NCBI GenBank assembly: GCA_963666675.1
Contig: OY762929.1
Span: forward strand, 2,300,544 to 2,364,543
Length of the DNA stretch: 64,000 bases
Direction: 5' to 3'
Source of the DNA: an uncultured Desulfobacter sp.
GTDB taxonomy: Bacteria > Desulfobacterota > Desulfobacteria > Desulfobacterales > Desulfobacteraceae
In this document: positions 28,699 through 38,746 of the stretch, in pieces
Layout: each line of letters opens with the position of its first letter
Numbering within the stretch: the stretch's first letter is position 1
The notes under the pieces: generated by a model
Told to the model about the DNA's origin: nothing
What the model saw: the letters and a program-made list of their open reading frames with translations, nothing else
Databases searched by the model: none
Position numbers and translations under genes: made by a program

Positions 28699-29046
28699 AG
28701 CAGGTTCACAACACGATCCGCAAGCCCTTTTTCTCCGAGCACAACACTCATTTTTGAATTTGATACCACCCTTTCAAGGATATCAAGTTCACGCAGCCTC
28801 ATCAGTGTTGGATTGTTGTCCAGAAGCTTGGCTGTGTTTGCCTGGCTTCTCATGGCTGCAGTCTCTTCTCTTCTCATGATCAGGTTGGATTCTGCAGCCT
28901 TTTTGGCTTCAATGACCTTGTTCATCAGGTCTTTCATATCGCCCGGCAATATAATATCTCTGATGCCGAAGCTTCTTACCTGAATGCCTAAAGCTTGAGC
29001 GCTGTCTTGGATCGCCGCAATCAAATCATTTGATACGTTTTCTTTT
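28695..29046 (-). pseudogene. SPFH/band-7 (stomatin/HflC-like) gene, C-terminal fragment, severed by IS66 insertion
   Basis: Reading frame continuous from the IS boundary (29046) to the stop at 28695. Coiled-coil C-terminal region typical of SPFH proteins. The N-terminal half lies at 31645..32401 beyond the IS. Confidence 0.55.
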
Positions 29047-29196
29047 GTGTCCTTTCGGCAAGCCTGTGTAAATCAAAAAAATTAAGATAACATTCAAAAC
29101 AGACCCGATCCAAAAAAACAGTGTGTAAGGCGATGAGGGATAGTTTGCAGTGCAAAAATGTGTCTCAAAACATACTGGATTGGCTAAAAGGTCGTT

Positions 29197-30759
29197 TTAC
29201 AGATTATCAGCTGTTTCCCCTGATTTTTTAGCGATTGTGTTTTCAAATGACCACGGCAACCAGTCAGAAGGGTTTTGGAAGATCTCGGAAGAGTGCTTCT
29301 GTAGTGCGGTCAGGTATTCAAAGGGATTTATATTTTGCAGGTTGCAGGTATGTATCAGGCTCATGAACAGGTCGCCAATATAGGCACCGTGTTCGGTTTT
29401 ATAAAATAATGAATTTTTTCGGTGCAGAATCGACTTTTTCAGCAATTGTTCGCAAAGATTATTATCCAGCGGTGCTCCAGGGATCTCCAGGAAACGGGTC
29501 AATTCCTGCCAGTGATTCAACATATATGATATGGCCTTGCCCAGACTGGAGTTGGGTTCTACTTCTTTGTTTTCAAACTTGTCTTCCAGCCATACTTTAA
29601 GCGCCCGCATCAGTGGACCGCTGTGGGTTTGATGATATTGAAGGCGTTGAGCATCGTCCAGGCCTTGCTCCCTTACCTTATGATCGTGCTCATAAATTTT
29701 AGCCACTGTATCAATTACATGGTCACACTCCTCAGGGAAATCGTCCATGACGTCGACAAAGTTACGGCGTCCATGCACGAGACAATTGCATAATATCGAT
29801 TCAAAACCTTTTGGCAGATTCCTGGACAGAGCATCACACATCTGTATTGGCCGATCTTCTCTGGATCCCCGTTCTTTCAGAATCCTGGATAAATTTTCTC
29901 CAGCATGATTGTGGCCGGTAAAAAACAGGGCAATCTTTCCTACGTCACATTCTGACAGGATTCCGGAAGTGAACATCCCTTTTCGCTTGGCTGCCTTGTC
30001 TGTTTCTTTTATCAAGGATAAAATTTTCATTGTCGTGTCGTCATTGTACAACACCTTGCCTTGTGCAGCCTGACGGACTAACTCTGTATATACCGGATGA
30101 ATCTTGTCTGCTACGCTTTCGATGATTTCCCATTGGGTCGATGGGGGCAGCGGCATCCCCAGGCTAGCCTGAAGTTTGCCCAAGCGGTATAAAGGGACTC
30201 CTCTGCCATATTTTAGAAGGGCCAGCATGGCACCGGATTTGGCATCATATTTTTCTTTGCCCACATTGTCGGGCGCCTGGGCAGTAAAAATCTGCCCACA
30301 AAGGTTACACCGCAATCTCTGCAGTTCATATACTGTCGCCTGGAAGGGAGCACCGCCTGTTATCCGGACGATCTTGGCAGGTGGTTTTTCACCATACAAT
30401 TTACCTTTTTCACAGGCAGGGCAATCATTACCTGACTTAAGGCTTTGATGACAGATCTTGATCTTCTTGGCACCTTTATAGGCGTTTGCACCATTTTTGC
30501 CGTGACCTTTTTTCTTCTTTTTTCGTTTCGGCCGGTTCTGCGGATTCGACGTTTTCTTCTTTTCGGTCTTATCGCCGAATACCATTTTTAATAACCGTTT
30601 AATGGATGCTGCTTTTTCATTGGACAACGTATTCAAATAAGCAACGGTTTCAACCAATGCTTTGATCAACTCATAATCGCCGTCCTGCAGTTCATTTGAT
30701 CTTACCCGCTCAAGGAGCGCGTCAAGTTCGTCCTGCTTTATGTCCATCGTTTTTGACAT
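29197..30759 (-). CDS. IS66 transposase TnpC (zinc-finger + DDE)
   Basis: 520 aa. CPACEKGKL...CNLCGQ zinc-ribbon, leucine-zipper-like N-terminus. Typical IS66 Orf3 architecture. Confidence 0.8.
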   Translation of the reverse strand: MSKTMDIKQDELDALLERVRSNELQDGDYELIKALVETVAYLNTLSNEKAASIKRLLKMVFGDKTEKKKTSNPQNRPKRKKKKKGHGKNGANAYKGAKKIKICHQSLKSGNDCPACEKGKLYGEKPPAKIVRITGGAPFQATVYELQRLRCNLCGQIFTAQAPDNVGKEKYDAKSGAMLALLKYGRGVPLYRLGKLQASLGMPLPPSTQWEIIESVADKIHPVYTELVRQAAQGKVLYNDDTTMKILSLIKETDKAAKRKGMFTSGILSECDVGKIALFFTGHNHAGENLSRILKERGSREDRPIQMCDALSRNLPKGFESILCNCLVHGRRNFVDVMDDFPEECDHVIDTVAKIYEHDHKVREQGLDDAQRLQYHQTHSGPLMRALKVWLEDKFENKEVEPNSSLGKAISYMLNHWQELTRFLEIPGAPLDNNLCEQLLKKSILHRKNSLFYKTEHGAYIGDLFMSLIHTCNLQNINPFEYLTALQKHSSEIFQNPSDWLPWSFENTIAKKSGETADNL

Positions 30760-30792
30760 GAAATGTGTGCTATCACATTTAAACTCTAATGT

Positions 30793-31140
30793 CTAGATTT
30801 TTTTCCACAAAAGTACATTATTTTTTTGAGGATTTCCGTTCCATATCAACATCTGTAATTCATGTGCAGCCAATGGGTGAATTTCATCTCCTCCCTTTTT
30901 AGGCCACCATTTAAAACGCCCCTTGCTCAATCTTTTTTGACAAAGCCAGAAGCCCTGGCCATCATATATTAGTATCTTCAGGGCAGTCCCCGGTTTGTTT
31001 CTGAAAACAAAAACATATCCGGAAAAAGGATTTTGTTTTAACACCCTGCGACAAACAGCTGCCAGGCCGTCGATCCCCTTTCGAAAATCAGCAGGAGTTA
31101 CCGCCAGCATTATCCGCATTTGCGGTGTGATTTGGATCAT
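30793..31140 (-). CDS. IS66 Orf2 (TnpB)
   Basis: 115 aa MIQITPQMRIMLAVTPADFRKGIDGLAAVCRRVL... is the characteristic IS66 TnpB. Confidence 0.8.
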   Translation of the reverse strand: MIQITPQMRIMLAVTPADFRKGIDGLAAVCRRVLKQNPFSGYVFVFRNKPGTALKILIYDGQGFWLCQKRLSKGRFKWWPKKGGDEIHPLAAHELQMLIWNGNPQKNNVLLWKKI

Positions 31141-31577
31141 GGAACACCAGCCAGTAAATATTTACCAAGGCTGATCACTGCCGGGTCTGCACGACCTTTA
31201 AAACACATACGCATCTTAAAACCGGCCTGATTCTCCATTTCTATTATACAGTTGGTATCTTCCGGCGCTGGAGTGATCTCTATAAACAGGGGGGAGTCAT
31301 CGTCTTCTTCAGGAGAATCGACTGTAGTACAATGAATGGCATTATAAATTTTTTGTTTTAATGTGGTATGATTAAGCCGTAAACTGTGGGCAATCTTATT
31401 TATGCTCAGCCCTTGAGCATGGTGAAGGTCTGCTGCCGCCTGCCATAAATTATCCGGTATTCTTGACCTTCCGGTTCTGTTATTTCGCCAGTCTGCAAAA
31501 AGCTGCTGGACTTTTTCTAATGCGATTGATTGTTCTGCTGTCAATAATTGTTTATTCATCGGTCCCTCCATTAGCAA
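31137..31577 (-). CDS. IS66 Orf1 (TnpA, HTH)
   Basis: 146 aa. Position and overlap (ATGA) with Orf2 match the IS66 three-ORF layout. Confidence 0.7.
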   Translation of the reverse strand: MLMEGPMNKQLLTAEQSIALEKVQQLFADWRNNRTGRSRIPDNLWQAAADLHHAQGLSINKIAHSLRLNHTTLKQKIYNAIHCTTVDSPEEDDDSPLFIEITPAPEDTNCIIEMENQAGFKMRMCFKGRADPAVISLGKYLLAGVP

Positions 31578-31644
31578 TGTTCAAGTTGGAACCGATAATA
31601 TCACCCGGTACTGGGTATTTCACGCAGGCTTACCGGAAGGACAC

Positions 31645-32401
31645 TTTCTTTTTCGTTCAGCACTGAATCAAGTTCCAATGCACCAATCACGGATCGTAAT
31701 GCAAGTTGCGCCTCCCTGTACAAGACTTGTTGGCTGTCTTCGGACAATGATACTGATTTCAGCGCATCTGTGATGCCAAAGCTCAGCATGGCATTCATTC
31801 TCAGAGTCACTTTATCAGATGTCATGATCTCCTGGCCTGACACATTCAGGAGTTTTTCTCTCAGATCAACCGGAAAGAACCTGTTTACAGCTGTTCCGGT
31901 CCAGAAAAGATGGCGGCCTGCGGGAAGGGTCTCAACATATTTTCCATCTTTAAAGTGCACACATTTATGCCCTTCCTGGACATCAACAATATAGAAAAAT
32001 TGAGCCGCATCTTCATTTTTTGCGATCTGGGCCACAGCCTCGTGCATGAAACGAACCTGTCTTGCATCAATTATCTCAACCCTTAGTTTTTTAAAGTCTT
32101 TCCAAAGGGCGTAAAGGCCGGGGCCGAGGATTTTGGCAAACCTTCCTTCAACCCATACAAGTGCACGCTGATAATCCTCTAAGTCAATGACCTGCACGTG
32201 ATTGTCCAGCATACCAGACTTAATCATTAAATCTAAATTCTCATGAATCAGCCATGGATTTTTCATTGAGGCAATGTCTACTCTGACGCTGAAAAAGGGA
32301 TCCGCAAACCAGTGGCGGCCTTTTTCCAGGATACCTTTAAATTCTCTATCTTTGAAGTATAACCCTTTTTCGTAAGAACGGATTTTTTTTGTTCTAATCA
32401 T
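31645..32401 (-). pseudogene. SPFH/band-7 gene, N-terminal fragment (first gene of SPFH-rtcA-rtcB operon), truncated by IS66 copy 1
   Basis: ATG at 32401. SPFH-type core (KVTLRMNAMLSFGITD...). The ORF runs 43 nt into the IS before stopping. Confidence 0.55.
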
Positions 32402-32460
32402 TTTTTTTCCTTTTCGTTTTCAAGCCGTTCTCAGTCCGGCCAATGTAATGGTTTAAGAAG

Positions 32461-32476
32461 AGCAATCCGTCATCCG
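32461..32476 (-). promoter_or_regulatory. weak candidate sigma54 (-24 GG / -12 TTGCT) promoter element upstream of SPFH-rtcAB
   Basis: Minus-strand sequence cGGatgacggaTTGCt has the GG-N10-GC spacing. Only a partial match to TGGCAC-N5-TTGCW. Expected because RtcR is a sigma54 activator. Confidence 0.2.
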
Positions 32477-32731
32477 GCGACACCTGGATCTGCGGAGCAG
32501 TATTTAAGTATATGAATCATGCTTGCTTCGTTTGGCGGATACTCTGTCAAACCAAACCATAAGCTCAACATTTTTTCTTCATTCGTTGTGAACAGTTCAT
32601 ATACGGTATCCATATGCTTCATGGCGAATCCGTGGGTGTTGTTTTCTCCATCTGCCTGATAAAATTTCAGCGTTTGGGAAAACCTGCCGGATCACTTCAT
32701 GCCCTCCTTAAACCTTTTTAAGATAAACCAA

Positions 32732-32804
32732 TTACCGGAGCAGGAATCGAACCTGCAACTCTCGTGTCCTTTGCACGATGCTCTACCCATTGAGCTATCC
32801 ATTA
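32732..32804 (-). pseudogene. tRNA-like element, apparently degenerate (class I cloverleaf, A at position 33, acceptor-stem mismatch, no encoded CCA)
   Basis: Minus-strand TAATGGA-TA-GCTC-AATGGGTA-GAGC-A-TCGTG-CAAAGGA-CACGA-GAGTT-GCAGG-TTCGATT-CCTGC-TCCGGTA-A. Good D-arm (GG18-19) and T-arm (TTCGATT). The anticodon loop lacks U33, and the 5' acceptor strand has 2 changes that break pairing. Confidence 0.4.
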
Positions 32805-33046
32805 AGATGCCGTTCCTTTGTTAGAATCCATGTCCGGAACACCCAGTATTTACAGCTTTAGTTGAATACTGTGTGCCGCTGGCCCGGTGGCATCTGCCTT
32901 TGCTATAAAGCAACGGGTGTGCCAGTTGCTAAAAGAAATATTTATAAAATTATAACTATTTAAAAAAATAGTGATTATGACGAGTTTTGGGGCATTAGAA
33001 GCTTGACATGTGATATTTGCGTTTTGTAAAATATAGAAATATTGAT

Positions 33047-34651
33047 ATGAAAAAAACGGTTGTAATCGGGATTTTAGGGCCTGTACTTGATAGAGGGGAA
33101 AATGCATCACGGTGGGAACACTGGCGGCCAACTGTGGCGATATGTCAGCACAGCGAGCTTTTGGTAGATCGCTTTGAGCTCCTTTATGAGAAAAATTATA
33201 CTCGTCTGATGAAGCGGGTAAGAGAGGATATCCGGGATGTCTCTCCGGAAACGCAAGTGGTTCCTGTTGAAACCGATTTTTCTGATCCGTGGGATTTTGA
33301 AGAGGTATATGGCGTATTGCTCGATTTTGCCAAAGGATACCACTTTGATATTGAAAATGAAGATTATTTGATTCATATCACCACAGGGACCCATGTTGCC
33401 CAGATATGCCTTTTCCTTCTCATCGAATCAAACTATTTGCCGGGTCGGTTATTGCAGACAAGTCCTCCCCATAGAAAAAGGAACCATGATCTGAGCGGGG
33501 AATATAGAATTATTGATTTGGATCTTTCCCGATATGATCAGATTGCCATGCGATTCGAGCAGGAGATGAAAGATGATATTTCTTTTCTAAAATCCGGCAT
33601 AGAAACACGGAACCCATCGTTTAATAATTTGATTGAACAAATTGAGCGTGTTGCCATCAACTCGGTTGACCCTGTTTTGATAACAGGCCCCACCGGCGCT
33701 GGTAAATCCCGTTTGACCAGAAGGGTGTATGAATTGAAAAAAGCCAGACGCCAGTTAAAAGGGCGTTTTGTGGAAGTCAATTGTGCGACCTTGAGAGGTG
33801 ATGGGGCAATGTCTGCTCTTTTCGGGCATAAAAAAGGGTCATTTACAGGGGCGACCAGCGACAGGGACGGCCTTTTAAAAACAGCAGATAACGGCATGCT
33901 GTTTTTAGACGAGGTGGGCGAACTTGGCCTGGACGAGCAGTCCATGCTGCTTAGGGCAGTTGAGGAAAAGCAGTTCCTGCCTGTGGGTTCCGATACCGAG
34001 GCCCATAGTGACTTCCAACTGATTTGTGGTACCAACCGGAACCTGTTTCAAGATGTCATGGAAAAAAGATTCCGGGAGGATCTTCTTGCCAGAATAAATC
34101 TATGGACGTTTGAAATGCCGGGATTGAATAAGCGGCCTGAAGATATTGAGCCGAATTTGAACTACGAACTTGACCGTTTCACCGAAAGAACCAAACGGCA
34201 TATCACATTCAATAAGGAGGCTCGGAATCGATTTTTAAAATTTGCAACCTCCCCCGAAGCGCTCTGGCCTGCAAATTTTCGAGATCTTAACGGCGCCATT
34301 ACAAGAATGGCAACACTTGCACCTGGTGGCAGGATCACGGACCAGGTTGTCAAAGATGAAATCCATAGACTATCCCTTAGATGGGGCTCCTTTCCAAAGC
34401 AAAGAGATGATGGAATATTAGTGGAACTGATCGGTGAAGAACGAACTGCAGCTCTTGATCGATTTGAAAAAATACAGCTTGCAGATGTTATTAGAATCTG
34501 TCGCACTTCCAAAAATATTGCACAGGCAGGCAGAACTCTTTTTGCAGCATCAAGAAAAAGAAAGACACGTTCAAATGATTCGGACCGACTGAGAAAATAT
34601 CTTTCTAGATATCAAATAAGCTTTCAAACTCTCCGATTACTTCAAAAGTAA
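33047..34651 (+). CDS. rtcR: RtcR: sigma54-dependent transcriptional activator with N-terminal CARF domain, AAA+ sigma54-interaction domain and C-terminal HTH
   Basis: N-terminal region MKKTVVIGILGPVLDRG...WRPT..ICQ...LIHITTGTHVAQICLFLL is the RtcR CARF signature. Central GPTGAGKS Walker A and GAFTGA-like FGHKKGSFTGA region. Divergent from the rtc operon. The ORF-track start 33017 is probably too early. Confidence 0.8.
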   Translation: MKKTVVIGILGPVLDRGENASRWEHWRPTVAICQHSELLVDRFELLYEKNYTRLMKRVREDIRDVSPETQVVPVETDFSDPWDFEEVYGVLLDFAKGYHFDIENEDYLIHITTGTHVAQICLFLLIESNYLPGRLLQTSPPHRKRNHDLSGEYRIIDLDLSRYDQIAMRFEQEMKDDISFLKSGIETRNPSFNNLIEQIERVAINSVDPVLITGPTGAGKSRLTRRVYELKKARRQLKGRFVEVNCATLRGDGAMSALFGHKKGSFTGATSDRDGLLKTADNGMLFLDEVGELGLDEQSMLLRAVEEKQFLPVGSDTEAHSDFQLICGTNRNLFQDVMEKRFREDLLARINLWTFEMPGLNKRPEDIEPNLNYELDRFTERTKRHITFNKEARNRFLKFATSPEALWPANFRDLNGAITRMATLAPGGRITDQVVKDEIHRLSLRWGSFPKQRDDGILVELIGEERTAALDRFEKIQLADVIRICRTSKNIAQAGRTLFAASRKRKTRSNDSDRLRKYLSRYQISFQTLRLLQK

Positions 34652-35045
34652 TTTCACCACAAAGGCAAGAGCCTTTATATTTCATGCACCTTCTCCTAAA
34701 TTTTAATTAGTTTAGTGCGTTGCTATAGAATCAGATCTGAAGCGTTTTCCATTTATCCTCTAAACAGCAGGAGAATATCCCGACTGCCACTGTAGGGCAA
34801 TGGAGAATTTGAATCTTGGAAATCAGATTTGACCAATCGACATTTTAAGTTGTGGCGAGGACTATTCGTCTGAGAAACTCAGTATCTCAGACGAATCAAC
34901 ACAATAGATTATCCCTGTCAATCATGTTGTTTAAATTCTTGCTTGTTGACTTATTTTAATCTGCAGGGTGCCCGACCGGGTCTTTCTGGCTGTTGTTGTA
35001 TTTGATGGGGAAGTATACTCTTTTTTTGCCTTTTTTTAATAGTAT

Positions 35046-35447
35046 TCACAACACTCGAATTCCTGATGAGTTGTTCAGCAGAATCCACAAAAAAAGCAGA
35101 CCTGGAAAGCCCCTGGCTTTTGCAACCCTGTCAATCTTGATAAGTTTATACTCAGGAACCGTAATATTTATCCTCTGGGTCTTGGGAGCGATGAAGGTAA
35201 AATCAATATCAGAAAGGTACAAAAAACTGTCTCTGGTATACAAATCTGAATCTAAAAGGTCGTCCATTTTAGAGGGAGTCGGGGGTTCAGAGATGTCTTC
35301 GCCGTTATAATATAATTCTACCGCTTCTTGTATGTTAAGGATGGCTTCCTCCTGGGTATCACCATATGCAAAACATCCAGGGATATCAGGTATAGTCACC
35401 CCGTAACCGGTGTTATCGTCCTTATGAATAATTACCGGATATTTCAT
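35046..35447 (-). CDS. hicB: HicB-family antitoxin
   Basis: 133 aa. N-terminal MKYPVIIHKDDNTGYGVTIPDIPGCFAYGDTQEEAILNIQEAVELY is typical of HicB. Directly downstream of hicA with a 1-bp gap. Confidence 0.65.
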   Translation of the reverse strand: MKYPVIIHKDDNTGYGVTIPDIPGCFAYGDTQEEAILNIQEAVELYYNGEDISEPPTPSKMDDLLDSDLYTRDSFLYLSDIDFTFIAPKTQRINITVPEYKLIKIDRVAKARGFPGLLFLWILLNNSSGIRVL

Positions 35448-35448
35448 T

Positions 35449-35649
35449 TCACTTTCTCCATTTTAATCCTGCCATTCTATAAATATTTCTGGCTGTCCCA
35501 ATAGGTAGATCTTTTTGTAGATGAGGTACAATTACAATTTTACAATTTTCATGCTTGAATTTGTGATGATCACCAGACACTTTAACCAATACGAATCCAG
35601 CATTTTTAAGTTCTTTTATGATCTGCCTGCTGTTTATATCTATAAACAC
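35449..35649 (-). CDS. hicA: HicA-family mRNA-interferase toxin
   Basis: 66 aa. ELKNAGFVLVKVSGDHHKFKHENCKIVIVPHLQKDLPIGTARNIYRMAGL matches the HicA dsRBD-like fold signature. Confidence 0.7.
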   Translation of the reverse strand: MFIDINSRQIIKELKNAGFVLVKVSGDHHKFKHENCKIVIVPHLQKDLPIGTARNIYRMAGLKWRK

Positions 35650-35984
35650 ACACTATACACACAAAAATCAACTAATAGGTATCGATTCAAAAGAAATTTT
35701 TGGGGGTATGTCCATTTCAAAACAGGCGTGGCTGGTATCTTTGTTGCCCTTTTATTCGATTTTCTAAAATTGAAAAATAATTTAATAGCGTGGACTACTA
35801 TTAGGCTATGGAGCCCTTTTCAGGCAAATTGGCACCTCAGACTTTCCCTGTTTGTCCTGGTTTAGAAAATTAAAAACTGTTTTGATTTAATTGAAGATCT
35901 GACAGATCAACCTGAAAAAGTTGAAGTGAAAAATGATTTCCGGCCGGGAAAACCTGTTTGCTAAGTTTCAGTAGATTTTCAAAC

Positions 35985-36652
35985 TCAAGACGAACAGCTA
36001 TAGTGTGAAACGCCGCCAACGTTAAAAAATGCCTCAGGTTTTAGACGATAATATTTATCTTCTACCCTCTGCGATTGCTCATCATATGGAGAGCTAAGAA
36101 CGTCTTGCAACTCCCTTACTAAGGTGTAGTCACCCAGCATGGCTTGTTGATAGGCGGGGGCAATCAACCACTCTCGCCATGCGTATTTGGGATTTGTTTG
36201 TTTCATTTTTGTCGATATCTCAGCCAAATTTCCGCCTTTGATAACAAGGTCGCGCCAGCTTTTCAGCCAAGATTGCCATTGCTCATCAAGTTGCTGAGAG
36301 TTCTTGTTATAGAAGCTCTTTTTCAAGGCGGAAATAGTCTCTGGTACATGGGATAATTCACGGAAGAAAATGGTGTAATCCACCTCTGATTTGGTCAGTA
36401 ACTGCATTAATCCCTGCACTATATTTGGTTGATAGTCTGTCAAGCCAAGCTTGGCGGCCCACATGTTTTGCATTTGTTTTTCCATTGCCGCTGCAAAACC
36501 ATGACGTATTTGATCCAATTGTTCCAAAGCTTGGGCATCTTTTGCAAGCAGCGGTCTCACTGTAGTCCAAAACATGTGGTAATTGGCTTCTGCTGCGGTT
36601 GGCTGATTGAAGAAGGAAAAGTGTTCTCCGCCCCCGGTCCATGGCTGAAACC
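35985..36652 (-). pseudogene. selO: selO (YdiU/UPF0061 protein adenylyltransferase) C-terminal fragment, split by IS66 copy 2
   Basis: Continues the SelO sequence after ...[17 protein letters not shown] with FNQPTAAEANYHMFWTTVRPLL.... The 5' part of the annotated ORF (to 36761) is IS-derived. Confidence 0.6.
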
Positions 36653-36802
36653 GTGTCCTTTCGGCAAGCCTGTGTAAATCAAAAAAATTAAGATAACATT
36701 CAAAACAGACCCGATCCAAAAAAACAGTGTGTAAGGCGATGAGGGATAGTTTGCAGTGCAAAAATGTGTCTCAAAACATACTGGATTGGCTAAAAGGTCG
36801 TT

Positions 36803-38365
36803 TTACAGATTATCAGCTGTTTCCCCTGATTTTTTAGCGATTGTGTTTTCAAATGACCACGGCAACCAGTCAGAAGGGTTTTGGAAGATCTCGGAAGAGT
36901 GCTTCTGTAGTGCGGTCAGGTATTCAAAGGGATTTATATTTTGCAGGTTGCAGGTATGTATCAGGCTCATGAACAGGTCGCCAATATAGGCACCGTGTTC
37001 GGTTTTATAAAATAATGAATTTTTTCGGTGCAGAATCGACTTTTTCAGCAATTGTTCGCAAAGATTATTATCCAGCGGTGCTCCAGGGATCTCCAGGAAA
37101 CGGGTCAATTCCTGCCAGTGATTCAACATATATGATATGGCCTTGCCCAGACTGGAGTTGGGTTCTACTTCTTTGTTTTCAAACTTGTCTTCCAGCCATA
37201 CTTTAAGCGCCCGCATCAGTGGACCGCTGTGGGTTTGATGATATTGAAGGCGTTGAGCATCGTCCAGGCCTTGCTCCCTTACCTTATGATCGTGCTCATA
37301 AATTTTAGCCACTGTATCAATTACATGGTCACACTCCTCAGGGAAATCGTCCATGACGTCGACAAAGTTACGGCGTCCATGCACGAGACAATTGCATAAT
37401 ATCGATTCAAAACCTTTTGGCAGATTCCTGGACAGAGCATCACACATCTGTATTGGCCGATCTTCTCTGGATCCCCGTTCTTTCAGAACCCTGGATAAAT
37501 TTTCTCCAGCATGATTGTGGCCGGTAAAAAACAGGGCAATCTTTCCTACGTCACATTCTGACAGGATTCCGGAAGTGAACATCCCTTTTCGCTTGGCTGC
37601 CTTGTCTGTTTCTTTTATCAAGGATAAAATTTTCATTGTCGTGTCGTCATTGTACAACACCTTGCCTTGTGCAGCCTGACGGACTAACTCTGTATATACC
37701 GGATGAATCTTGTCTGCTACGCTTTCGATGATTTCCCATTGGGTCGATGGGGGCAGCGGCATCCCCAGGCTAGCCTGAAGTTTGCCCAAGCGGTATAAAG
37801 GGACTCCGCTGCCATATTTTAGAAGGGCCAGCATGGCACCGGATTTGGCATCATATTTTTCTTTGCCCACATTGTCGGGCGCCTGGGCAGTAAAAATCTG
37901 CCCACAAAGGTTACACCGCAATCTCTGCAGTTCATATACTGTCGCCTGGAAGGGAGCACCGCCTGTTATCCGGACGATCTTGGCAGGTGGTTTTTCACCA
38001 TACAATTTACCTTTTTCACAGGCAGGGCAATCATTACCTGACTTAAGGCTTTGATGACAGATCTTGATCTTCTTGGCACCTTTATAGGCGTTTGCACCAT
38101 TTTTGCCGTGACCTTTTTTCTTCTTTTTTCGTTTCGGCCGGTTCTGCGGATTCGACGTTTTCTTCTTTTCGGTCTTATCGCCGAATACCATTTTTAATAA
38201 CCGTTTAATGGATGCTGCTTTTTCATTGGACAACGTATTCAAATAAGCAACGGTTTCAACCAATGCTTTGATCAACTCATAATCGCCGTCCTGCAGTTCA
38301 TTTGATCTTACCCGCTCAAGGAGCGCGTCAAGTTCGTCCTGCTTTATGTCCATCGTTTTTGACAT
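36803..38365 (-). CDS. IS66 transposase TnpC (copy 2; 2 aa differences from copy 1)
   Basis: Identical 520-aa translation except R/S and I/V substitutions. Confidence 0.8.
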   Translation of the reverse strand: MSKTMDIKQDELDALLERVRSNELQDGDYELIKALVETVAYLNTLSNEKAASIKRLLKMVFGDKTEKKKTSNPQNRPKRKKKKKGHGKNGANAYKGAKKIKICHQSLKSGNDCPACEKGKLYGEKPPAKIVRITGGAPFQATVYELQRLRCNLCGQIFTAQAPDNVGKEKYDAKSGAMLALLKYGSGVPLYRLGKLQASLGMPLPPSTQWEIIESVADKIHPVYTELVRQAAQGKVLYNDDTTMKILSLIKETDKAAKRKGMFTSGILSECDVGKIALFFTGHNHAGENLSRVLKERGSREDRPIQMCDALSRNLPKGFESILCNCLVHGRRNFVDVMDDFPEECDHVIDTVAKIYEHDHKVREQGLDDAQRLQYHQTHSGPLMRALKVWLEDKFENKEVEPNSSLGKAISYMLNHWQELTRFLEIPGAPLDNNLCEQLLKKSILHRKNSLFYKTEHGAYIGDLFMSLIHTCNLQNINPFEYLTALQKHSSEIFQNPSDWLPWSFENTIAKKSGETADNL

Positions 38366-38398
38366 GAAATGTGTGCTATCACATTTAAACTCTAATGT

Positions 38399-38746
38399 CT
38401 AGATTTTTTTCCACAAAAGTACATTATTTTTTTGAGGATTTCCGTTCCATATCAACATCTGTAATTCATGTGCAGCCAATGGGTGAATTTCATCTCCTCC
38501 CTTTTTAGGCCACCATTTAAAACGCCCCTTGCTCAATCTTTTTTGACAAAGCCAGAAGCCCTGGCCATCATATATTAGTATCTTCAGGGCAGTCCCCGGT
38601 TTGTTTCTGAAAACAAAAACATATCCGGAAAAAGGATTTTGTTTTAACACCCTGCGACAAACAGCTGCCAGGCCGTCGATCCCCTTTCGAAAATCAGCAG
38701 GAGTTACCGCCAGCATTATCCGCATTTGCGGTGTGATTTGGATCAT
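38399..38746 (-). CDS. IS66 Orf2 (TnpB), copy 2
   Basis: Identical to the 30793..31140 product. Confidence 0.8.
   Translation of the reverse strand: MIQITPQMRIMLAVTPADFRKGIDGLAAVCRRVLKQNPFSGYVFVFRNKPGTALKILIYDGQGFWLCQKRLSKGRFKWWPKKGGDEIHPLAAHELQMLIWNGNPQKNNVLLWKKI

Larger units (their letters stand above)
29047..31644 (-). mobile_element. IS66-family insertion sequence, copy 1 (2598 bp; tnpA-tnpB-tnpC on minus strand), flanked by 8-bp TSD TTTCTTTT
   Basis: Identical to 36653..39250 apart from about 2 nt. Imperfect terminal IRs (gtgtcctttcggcaagcctgtgtaaatc / gtgtccttccggtaagcctgcgtgaaat). TSD read at 29039..29046 and 31645..31652. Confidence 0.85.

Noticed and set aside
35521-35865. 114-aa plus ORF between hicA and selO fragment
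   Set aside because: Overlaps hicA antisense and an AT-rich spacer. No start context or motif.
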